Below, piece by piece: positions 56,686-64,000 of a stretch of DNA of 64,000 nucleotides. The notes below the pieces were generated by a model. It made no database searches. It was not told the origin of the DNA and saw only the letters and a list, made by a program, of their open reading frames with translations. This DNA comes from an uncultured Streptococcus sp. (GTDB lineage Bacteria > Bacillota > Bacilli > Lactobacillales > Streptococcaceae). Position 1 is the stretch's first letter. Each line of letters begins with the position of its first letter. The position numbers were made by a program, and so were the translations under genes. Location: NCBI GenBank assembly GCA_900755085.1, contig CAAEFF010000183.1:1755-65754 (forward strand), in the 5' to 3' direction.

Positions 56686-57186
56686 TTAAAAAATTGATTT
56701 GTAATCTAAGACATCCGCAAAACGTCCTGCCCAAATATTTTCATAAAATTCATTAAGCGTTTCTGCTGGGATATCCTCTCCATCAAAGGTTGTGACAGCT
56801 CCTTCTGGAATGACCAGCTTATAGCCGTATTCAAATCCCACTTTGACGGATGTATCGACACAATATTCTGTCTGCATACCACACAGAACCAGTTGTTCAA
56901 TTCCTTGTTGATCCAAGTATTCTTTTAATCCTGTCTCTTTAAATATGCTATTGTATCGCTTCTGAAATACCTTTTCATTCTCCTGTCTTTTCAACAGTTG
57001 CGGTAACTGCCAATCTTCTGAAGTTAAAGCCTCTGGCGTTTCAATATGCTGCATGTAGATGATTTCAAGCTGCTGTTTTCTAGCCTGTTCTTGTAAATAA
57101 GCAATCTTCTCTAAGAGCTTTTCTGTCTCAAAACCTGTCTCCACGAGGATGTTTTGAACATCAATAATGATTAAAGCTGTTTTCAC
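56686..57186 (-). CDS. Isochorismatase-like cysteine hydrolase
   Basis: ALIIIDVQN, K.YNSIF, GMQTEYCVDTS. Confidence 0.9.
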   Translation of the reverse strand: MKTALIIIDVQNILVETGFETEKLLEKIAYLQEQARKQQLEIIYMQHIETPEALTSEDWQLPQLLKRQENEKVFQKRYNSIFKETGLKEYLDQQGIEQLVLCGMQTEYCVDTSVKVGFEYGYKLVIPEGAVTTFDGEDIPAETLNEFYENIWAGRFADVLDYKSIF

Positions 57187-57783
57187 TCACTGCTCCTCTT
57201 TCAAATACTTCACAAAGGCATTGTAGGTTTCAAGGGTTTGGGGATAAATCGGCAATCCTTGGTGAGCCAGGTGTTCGACTGTGCGAGCCGTCTCATAGGC
57301 CACGGCACGATCCAAGGAGACTTGAGCGATGTCACGCGCTTGCTCTACCCCAGGGAAATCCCGATTGTGTTCAATATAATCTGCCACATAGACAATCTTG
57401 TCTAAAGTTGACATCTGTCCACTCCCCACTGTGTGAATCTCAATACTGCGAAGAATGGCTGGATCTGTCAATCCGAGATCTTCTTGGATCTTATAAATCC
57501 CGACCATCCCATGCCAGACATTGTTGCCCCAGTTTTTTAATGCTGGATCCAACTCATAACGATCGATCAGGTCTAGAAATTCCTGATCCGATAATTTCTT
57601 GGCATAGTCATGTAAGAGACCTGCTAGACCAGCCTGCTCTTCATCAGCCCCATAACGTTTGGCCAAGTCACGCGCAGCCTTCTCAACCCCTAAACAGTGG
57701 GTTAGCCGCTTTTCTGGCAGGATTTGACACATTTTTTCAAGCAAGACCTCACGAGAAAAGCCAAGGTAATTTTCATAGATCAT
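57187..57783 (-). CDS. yqeK: YqeK HD-domain Ap4A hydrolase
   Basis: [22 protein letters not shown]; follows nadD. Confidence 0.92.
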   Translation of the reverse strand: MIYENYLGFSREVLLEKMCQILPEKRLTHCLGVEKAARDLAKRYGADEEQAGLAGLLHDYAKKLSDQEFLDLIDRYELDPALKNWGNNVWHGMVGIYKIQEDLGLTDPAILRSIEIHTVGSGQMSTLDKIVYVADYIEHNRDFPGVEQARDIAQVSLDRAVAYETARTVEHLAHQGLPIYPQTLETYNAFVKYLKEEQ

Positions 57784-58412
57784 TGATACAATCCTTCTTT
57801 CTTGATGTAGTCCAAGACTGGTTTTGGCAACATAAAATTCGGCGTCCGGCCTTTGGCTACAAAATCACGCACCATACTAGAGGAGATGTCCATTAGAGGA
57901 ACGTCCACCCAGATCACCGGATAAGAAGTCCCCGCCTTATAGCGTGGTCGCTGTACCCCGACAAATTGCACAATCTCCACCAATTCATCGATGCGGTGCC
58001 ATTTGGGTAAATAATCCACCATATCTGCACCAATAATAAAGTAATAATCTGTGTCTAGATCCCGTTCATTGAGCAAGAGCATGGTGTCGTAGGTATAGGA
58101 AATTCCTTTGCGTTCTAGCTCGATCGTCTCGATTTCCAGACCTTCAATGCCTTCAATCGCTAATTCCAGCATCTTAAGGCGATGGTGCTCTGCAATCGTC
58201 CCCTTGGCATCGACATGCGGTGGTAAATACTCAGGCATCAAGAGCACCTTATCTAACCCTAATTGTTGGCGCACTTGATCCGCAACGACCAAATGGGCAT
58301 TGTGGACCGGATTGAAATTCCCACCCAAAATACCAACTTGTTTGCGTTTCTTGTTTTTGATCTCTGGCTCTAACTCTACCTTGGTAAAGGGAGTCAATAG
58401 TTCAATTGCCAT
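57780..58412 (-). CDS. nadD: Nicotinate-nucleotide adenylyltransferase
   Basis: [26 protein letters not shown]. Confidence 0.95.
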   Translation of the reverse strand: MAIELLTPFTKVELEPEIKNKKRKQVGILGGNFNPVHNAHLVVADQVRQQLGLDKVLLMPEYLPPHVDAKGTIAEHHRLKMLELAIEGIEGLEIETIELERKGISYTYDTMLLLNERDLDTDYYFIIGADMVDYLPKWHRIDELVEIVQFVGVQRPRYKAGTSYPVIWVDVPLMDISSSMVRDFVAKGRTPNFMLPKPVLDYIKKEGLYQ

Positions 58413-58433
58413 AGGTTTGCTCTCCTCGATGTC

Positions 58434-58745
58434 TTAAATTTCTTTTACCTTCGCTGAAATTTTACGATTTTCTTTTTTACTCGATTGTTTGAACAAGATG
58501 AGAATCCGACCAATCTTTTGGACCGTTTCCACACCGATTTCTTCTTCCAAGATTTCTGCTACTTCATGGATATTCTCATCCGTATTTTGAAGAAGGGTCA
58601 CCTTGATCAGTTCGCGCGCATCAAGCGCTTGACGCACACTGGTTTTGATTTGGTCATTAAGCCCATTTTTCCCAATTTGGATAATGGGTTTGAGACTATG
58701 GGCTTGGCTATTGAGGAAAGCCCGTTGTTTGGATGTTAATGTCAT
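58434..58745 (-). CDS. yhbY: YhbY CRM-domain RNA-binding protein
   Basis: LTSKQRAFL, IGKNGL, RELIKV. Confidence 0.94.
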   Translation of the reverse strand: MTLTSKQRAFLNSQAHSLKPIIQIGKNGLNDQIKTSVRQALDARELIKVTLLQNTDENIHEVAEILEEEIGVETVQKIGRILILFKQSSKKENRKISAKVKEI

Positions 58746-58766
58746 GCTTTTACTTCCTTATTTTTT

Positions 58767-58950
58767 GATCGTTATGTTAAGTGGTGGGGACGGTCGAAAC
58801 TAATTTTTCAAAGATCTCATCTTTGAAAAATAGATTTCCTTACCTCAAAATGGAGCCTTGGTCTCCATTTTGCCCTTGCCAATCGATCGATTGGCAACTA
58901 CACCACGGCAATAACGATCCCTATTTGAGCTCACTTCGTTCGCTCTTCAA
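58767..58950. repeat. Multi-branched structured intergenic element (family D)
   Basis: GATCGTTAT/ATAACGATC and GTGGTG/CACCAC closing stems; three internal hairpins including a 22-bp perfect palindrome at 58876-58897. Confidence 0.7.
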
Positions 58951-58970
58951 TTTCATTCTATTTCATATTT

Positions 58971-60077
58971 TTAAATAATAGCTTTGCGGGTGACGACGGC
59001 GACGCCTTCTGGTGCCCACACAGCTACTTTTGCTTCCCCATTGACGCGGATCCAGCCGAGTCCTGAGATGACGAGGTCTGTCTTGTCCTTAATCGTGAAT
59101 ACATGCTCAACCAAAGACGGAAAATCTTCTTTTTCCTTGCTATTAGGGGGAGTTAATAAGCTACCTACATGCTTATCATAAAAGGCCGTCGCTCCTTCGA
59201 GTTTGGTCCGATGAAGCTTGAGTTCGTTATCAAAGAAGGCGGTGAAACCTTGCTTTTCTCCCTTGATAAAGTCAAAGCGTCCCAAGCCGCCCAAGAAGAG
59301 GGTTTGTTCTGGATTGAGCTGGTAGGTCTTGGGCTTGATTTCCTTTTTAGGGCTGACATACTTGAGGTTTTTCGCCGTCAAGTAGTGGGCCATCTGGTGG
59401 CGATGGATAATCCCAGGTGTATCGTAGATGTAGGATCCATCGTCCAGTGGGATTTCGATCTTGTCCAGTGTTGTCCCTGGGAAGCGAGAAGTCGTAATGA
59501 TATCCTTGTCCCCTGTGATTTCTTGGATGATCGCATTAATGAGGGTCGATTTCCCAACGTTGGTCACACCTACCACATAGACATCACGTCCCTTACGGTG
59601 CTGCTCAATTTTTTCCATCAAATCCTTGATAGCACTCTTGTTTTGGGCAGAGGTGAGGACCACATCGACAGGACGCATGCCTTCTTCGTGGGCTCGCTCC
59701 ATCAACCAATGGGTCACCTTGCTATCCTTGACAGACTTGGGCAAGATATCCTTTTTATTTCCGACCAAAAGCACATCATTTCCTGCTACAAAACGGGGTA
59801 AGCCGGGAATGACGGAGCCATTAAAGTCAAAAATATCGACTACATTGACCACAAGAGCATCACTATCTCCTACCTCGTGTAGCAATGTCAGGAAATCATC
59901 ATCTGTCAGATGCACATCTGTGATTTCATTGTAGTGACGAAGACGGAAACAGCGTTGGCAATAAACTTCGCCTGTTTCCAAGCCCTTTTCAAGAGCTGAT
60001 TGGGGAGTATAGCCTAGCCCCTCTTTGTTTTCTGTCTGAATGGGGGCTCCACAGCCAATACAGAATAATTCTTCCAT
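58971..60077 (-). CDS. yqeH: Ribosome biogenesis GTPase YqeH
   Basis: CIGC...CQRC zinc finger, NKKD, GVTNVGKS, DTPG (circularly permuted). Confidence 0.97.
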   Translation of the reverse strand: MEELFCIGCGAPIQTENKEGLGYTPQSALEKGLETGEVYCQRCFRLRHYNEITDVHLTDDDFLTLLHEVGDSDALVVNVVDIFDFNGSVIPGLPRFVAGNDVLLVGNKKDILPKSVKDSKVTHWLMERAHEEGMRPVDVVLTSAQNKSAIKDLMEKIEQHRKGRDVYVVGVTNVGKSTLINAIIQEITGDKDIITTSRFPGTTLDKIEIPLDDGSYIYDTPGIIHRHQMAHYLTAKNLKYVSPKKEIKPKTYQLNPEQTLFLGGLGRFDFIKGEKQGFTAFFDNELKLHRTKLEGATAFYDKHVGSLLTPPNSKEKEDFPSLVEHVFTIKDKTDLVISGLGWIRVNGEAKVAVWAPEGVAVVTRKAII

Positions 60078-60079
60078 TC

Positions 60080-60607
60080 TTAAATTCCTTTTTTGTATAC
60101 AATCGGACCATATTTTTCGGCCATTTGCTTCATGACACGGCGTTCACGCGCCCGGTTGATCTGCGTCTTGATGGAGTCATGCTCGACCAAAGGCTTGACC
60201 AAAATCGAACGAATGCCTGCACGATGGGCAGCCCGGATATCCGTCATCAGTTGATCCCCGACCATGACCACTTCATTTTTTTCATAGTGGAAACGTTTGA
60301 GAGCTCGATCAATCCCAAAAGTAAAAGGCTTGAGCGACCAAGCTTCATAATCAATATCAAATTTCTCAACCGCACGTTTGACCCGTTTGGGACTATTATT
60401 AGACACCACGATAACCCGAATCCCACCATCACGAAGGTCATGCAACCACTGGCGCATCTCAGGAGTTCCATCCGGATTATTCCATGCAATCAAGGTGTTA
60501 TCCAAATCCACAAGGACCGCCTTGATGCCCTGTTTTTTCAAGTCTGCAACGGTGAGATCATAGGCTGCTTCCACCGCAAAATCTGGTTTGTAATTTTCGA
60601 TTGACAC
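60080..60607 (-). CDS. yqeG: YqeG HAD-IIIA phosphatase
   Basis: DLDNTL, VGDQLMTD; GTG start after GGAG. Confidence 0.93.
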   Translation of the reverse strand: MSIENYKPDFAVEAAYDLTVADLKKQGIKAVLVDLDNTLIAWNNPDGTPEMRQWLHDLRDGGIRVIVVSNNSPKRVKRAVEKFDIDYEAWSLKPFTFGIDRALKRFHYEKNEVVMVGDQLMTDIRAAHRAGIRSILVKPLVEHDSIKTQINRARERRVMKQMAEKYGPIVYKKGI

Positions 60608-60801
60608 GTTTTTCTCCAAACATTCGTATTCTCCCCATTATAGCATAAAATAGGCTTTTTAGCACGGATGACTTGATCTCAGAGGAGAGATCTACTCATA
60701 AACAAATGGAGAAGGTCTTCGTTACTTTTTTAGACAAAAAAACTTTCCAAAATGGAAAGTAATGAGGTTAGAGTAGAGAGCAGTTTCATTCACAAGCCGT
60801 A

Positions 60802-61479
60802 CTATTCTCCATTCTTTTCTTCCTCCGAGTTCTTTAAATATAGAAATTGAAGGTCGCTAACAATACTAGAAGTACCTACTTTTTCACCTCTTTTTATATG
60901 AAGTACTTTAGAGAACTTCTGAAAATCTTGTTCTTCGGCATCTGGAGCAATACGAATATCCACAGATTGCCATCTACCATTTTTTTCTTTATATCCAATT
61001 AAAGCAATCAGAAAATGATCCCCTACCTTCTGTTGACGTGATAGCAACATGGATGGTTTTCCAAACAGCGCATCATAATACGTTGGATTAGATACTGCGA
61101 ATAGGATAATATCTTGTCTTTTTAATTTTCCATCAACACTGGCTATGGGAATTTTATCAATATTCTCAATCATAGGTAAAACGTTGTCACGTTTTAACCC
61201 TTCAAAACTCCATTCAGTGTTATAATCTGATTTCGGATTCATAATTTTATCATAACTGTATAGATACTCCGCTCCCATACTAAGAAAGAATAAGAAAAAA
61301 GGAATACAAGTAACAATCAGGACGCGTTTTTTATTCCCTGCTAAGAGATCAAACATGACATAACTGAAAAAAATTAATAACCCCCAGGAAAGTGTATTTT
61401 GATTGACGAAAGTATCTCGTACATTACTAAGAGCTATTTCCCATAATTTCTGATGGTATAAGTTTATATATTCTTCCAC
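60802..61479 (-). CDS. Hypothetical membrane protein (2 TM + soluble domain), AT-rich
   Basis: 225-aa ORF, GTG start after GGAGG; hydrophobic segments near the N-terminus; no motif recognised. Confidence 0.7.
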   Translation of the reverse strand: MEEYINLYHQKLWEIALSNVRDTFVNQNTLSWGLLIFFSYVMFDLLAGNKKRVLIVTCIPFFLFFLSMGAEYLYSYDKIMNPKSDYNTEWSFEGLKRDNVLPMIENIDKIPIASVDGKLKRQDIILFAVSNPTYYDALFGKPSMLLSRQQKVGDHFLIALIGYKEKNGRWQSVDIRIAPDAEEQDFQKFSKVLHIKRGEKVGTSSIVSDLQFLYLKNSEEEKNGE

Positions 61480-61626
61480 TACAGCCTCCCTGAATACCTA
61501 GTATACTTATTTGATCCTTAATTACATCATTATACCATCTTTTAAAACTTTCATCACCTTCATCACCAGAGCTTACAAATAGACAAAAAAATGGTATAGT
61601 AGAAGAAAAAAATACACGGAAGAGTT

Positions 61627-62247
61627 ATGATAACAAAAGAAAAAAAATTGAGGGAGGTCTCACCTCTTCTCCAGCGCATCATTAATTGGTCATCCATCAT
61701 TGGGGCTCTTGGGACCTTGGCCTTTTGTATCTGGGCCTACTTTTCTGGAATCCTTCAATCCAAAGAAACCTTGTCAGCTTTTATTCTCCAAGCTGGAATC
61801 TTCGGACCACCTCTCTTTATCTTTCTTCAGATCCTCCAGACAGTGGTGCCTATTATTCCTGGCGCTCTAACATCTGTCGCTGGTGTCTTTATCTATGGCC
61901 ACATCATTGGGACCATCTATAACTACATCGGCATCGTCATTGGCTGTGCCATCATCTTCCATCTCGCCAGAATGTACGGGCCCAAGTTCGTCCAATCCAT
62001 GGTCAGTCAGAAAACCTACGACAAGTACATTGGCTGGCTCAATGAAGGCAAGCGGTTTGATCGTTTCTTCATCTTCATGATGATTTGGCCAATTAGCCCC
62101 GCCGACTTCATCTGTATGCTGGCAGGTCTGACCAATATGACCTTCAAACGCTACATGACCATCATCATCCTCTGCAAACCCATCACCCTCGTCATCTACA
62201 CCTACGGCCTAACCTATATCATCGATTATTTCTGGAAAATGGTCTAA
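61627..62247 (+). CDS. TVP38/TMEM64 (DedA/SNARE-associated) membrane protein
   Basis: QTVVPIIPG, WPISPADF; multiple TM segments. Confidence 0.9.
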   Translation: MITKEKKLREVSPLLQRIINWSSIIGALGTLAFCIWAYFSGILQSKETLSAFILQAGIFGPPLFIFLQILQTVVPIIPGALTSVAGVFIYGHIIGTIYNYIGIVIGCAIIFHLARMYGPKFVQSMVSQKTYDKYIGWLNEGKRFDRFFIFMMIWPISPADFICMLAGLTNMTFKRYMTIIILCKPITLVIYTYGLTYIIDYFWKMV

Positions 62248-62252
62248 AGCAT

Positions 62253-62289
62253 AACACCACCTCCTAATTGACTAGGAGGTGGTGTTTTT
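62253..62289 (+). terminator. Intrinsic terminator
   Basis: AACACCACCTCCTA-attgac-TAGGAGGTGGTGTTTTT. Confidence 0.85.
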
Positions 62290-62401
62290 GTAAAAAAGAG
62301 AACCTTAACCAATTTTTTAAAATTACTCTCTATATGGTTATCCCATTCCATCTATGAGCTCATATCAGTAAGTGTAGTAAGCGCTGATACGTTTACATTC
62401 A

Positions 62402-63157
62402 TTAATATAAATCTTCCAAACTTCTATATTCAACGACTTCATTTTTAATAACATTTTTTTCAAATTCAAAATGGTTAAGTGGGTTATCAATCAATACCAA
62501 CCTTGGAATATCGTCGAGATTGGTGACTAGAGACAGAATAAAATCTGATTGATATTCCTTAGCTTTCTCAAATTCTTTGGAGGTCAAACGAATACGTCCT
62601 TTAGGTTTTCGGATACCTTTAACCTCAGCAAGGTATGAATGTTCTTGAACATCTACTTGGAAATCATATCCATCACCATAAAGACGGGCATCAGTCAATT
62701 GGCCACCTTGAAATTTTTCTTCCTTATCAAAATGGTGTATGAAATAATTCTCTGCTTCCATTCCCGTTTCTTGTAGACGTTTGAATTTCGTTCGAATGAT
62801 TGGTTTTTCAACGATGGTTATGCCTGTTTTCTTCCCTTCACTCGCAAGCAACATTTTAACGATTTCTGCAAAACTGTGAACATCCTCATTTCCAAACATC
62901 GTGTCAATAAAGTCTTTTCGAAAACGGTAGACTTCAGCTTTTTGCCACCAACCTTTTCGATTGTTATCAAAATAGGGGTCGAATAAATCCATTCTATTTT
63001 TGACTACACCCGTTGTTTCTGCAACGCCTAAAGAAACTATGTAACGATAAAACTCAGATTTACTAGAGCATTGAAATTCCTTTATAAAAGTATCATCAAA
63101 CTTAGCAAGACCATAGCCAATCAAGTTTAACAATTCATAGTGAGGGTGTTTAGACAT
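62402..63157 (-). CDS. DUF3883/NOV-C-like PD-(D/E)XK nuclease-domain protein
   Basis: TGMEAE...GDGYDF...LAEVKG...LTSKE pattern; start MSKHP at 63157 after GGAG; own TGGTATAAT. Confidence 0.8.
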   Translation of the reverse strand: MSKHPHYELLNLIGYGLAKFDDTFIKEFQCSSKSEFYRYIVSLGVAETTGVVKNRMDLFDPYFDNNRKGWWQKAEVYRFRKDFIDTMFGNEDVHSFAEIVKMLLASEGKKTGITIVEKPIIRTKFKRLQETGMEAENYFIHHFDKEEKFQGGQLTDARLYGDGYDFQVDVQEHSYLAEVKGIRKPKGRIRLTSKEFEKAKEYQSDFILSLVTNLDDIPRLVLIDNPLNHFEFEKNVIKNEVVEYRSLEDLY

Positions 63158-63194
63158 AACTTTCTCCATCAATAGATATTGATTTTATTATACC

Positions 63195-63221
63195 AAAAAA
63201 ACACGGCATACCGCCGTGTTT
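63195..63221 (-). terminator. valS terminator
   Basis: AAACACGGC-atacc-GCCGTGTTT with U tract on the minus strand. Confidence 0.8.
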
Positions 63222-63227
63222 CTGTGT

Positions 63228-64000
63228 TTATTTAACGAGTTTCTTCATCTCATCGATACGTGCGACTGTCGCGTTGTACTTCGCTTGGTAGTCGGCTTGT
63301 TTGTCGCGTTCTTTTTGGACGACTTCTGGTTTGGCATTGGCTACGAAGCGTTCGTTAGAGAGCTTCTTACCAACCATATCCAGTTCTTTTTGCCATTTGG
63401 CTAATTCTTTTTCAAGACGAGCCAATTCTTCTTCAACATTAAGAAGGTCAGCAAGTGGCAAGTAGATTTCTGCCCCTGTGATGATGCTGGACATAACCAA
63501 GTCAGGTACTGCTACATCTGCTGCAATTTCCAAGTGTTCTGGGTTTGTGAAGCGTTTGATGTAGTTGACATTATCATTGAAGAAAGCATCAAGCTTGCTG
63601 TCGCTTGTCTTAATCAAGATAGTGATTGGTTTGCTTGGTGCTACGTTCACTTCTGCACGTGAGTTACGTACTGAGCGAATCACGTCTTTAAGAGCCTCAA
63701 CGCCAGCTGCAGCTTCTTCGTTTTCAAATTCTGGACGAACTACTGGGTATTCCGCAGTCACGATTGTTCCTTCAGAGATTTGGCCGTAGATTTCTTCGGT
63801 TACGAATGGCATGATTGGGTGAAGGAGACGCAAGATTTGGTCCAAAGTGTAAAGAAGGACAGAACGAGTGATAACTTTTTCGTCCTCGTTATCGCTGTAA
63901 AGCACTTCCTTAGTCAACTCAACATACCAATCCGCAAACTCATCCCAAATGAAGTTGTAGAGGATGTGACCAGCTACACCAAATTCAAACTTATCAAAGT
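63228..64000 (-). CDS. valS: Valine--tRNA ligase, 3' part (5' end outside window)
   Basis: [13 protein letters not shown] anticodon domain; C-terminal coiled coil [17 protein letters not shown]. Confidence 0.95.
   Translation of the reverse strand, partial: FDKFEFGVAGHILYNFIWDEFADWYVELTKEVLYSDNEDEKVITRSVLLYTLDQILRLLHPIMPFVTEEIYGQISEGTIVTAEYPVVRPEFENEEAAAGVEALKDVIRSVRNSRAEVNVAPSKPITILIKTSDSKLDAFFNDNVNYIKRFTNPEHLEIAADVAVPDLVMSSIITGAEIYLPLADLLNVEEELARLEKELAKWQKELDMVGKKLSNERFVANAKPEVVQKERDKQADYQAKYNATVARIDEMKKLVK

Noticed and set aside
58781..58978. 65-aa ORF across the yqeH-yhbY gap
   Set aside because: Coincides with a palindrome-rich element, is antisense to the operon and has no RBS.
59169..59801. 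210-aa plus-strand ORF and the many other nested or antisense ORFs in the track
   Set aside because: Fully overlap well-supported housekeeping genes and show no recognisable motifs.

Overview
Mostly core chromosome of a viridans-group Streptococcus. The gene content and order suggest S. parasanguinis or a relative; this is an inference. Most genes lie on the minus strand. Core blocks: xseA-xseB-ispA-tlyA-argR-recN-phosphoesterase-degV; folD/HAD/nnrD; clpE with a CtsR box; the dcw cluster murD-murG-divIB-ftsA-ftsZ-ylmE-sepF-yggT-ylmH-divIVA followed by T-box ileS; typA; rlmN; sepM-coaD-rsmD; asnA; the yqeG-yqeH-yhbY-nadD-yqeK-rsfS operon; and the 3' part of valS. Accessory or unusual parts: (i) an AT-rich LacI/ABC/GH32 beta-fructoside cassette between nnrD and xseA; (ii) a ccdA-thioredoxin lipoprotein-msrAB-two-component operon carrying an extra, very methionine-rich lipoprotein, the best candidate for an under-described system (a surface methionine oxidant sink recycled by MsrAB); (iii) an hdiR-umuC SOS-like mutagenesis cassette with its operator palindrome; (iv) a yefM-yoeB toxin-antitoxin pair; (v) a solo trpB under a Trp T-box with no trpA nearby; (vi) a stand-alone DUF3883-type PD-(D/E)XK nuclease after valS; (vii) at least four distinct families of highly structured intergenic elements, one showing compensatory base changes between copies. 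No rRNA, tRNA, CRISPR array or transposase was seen. All calls come from reading the sequence and recognising motifs; no database search was run.
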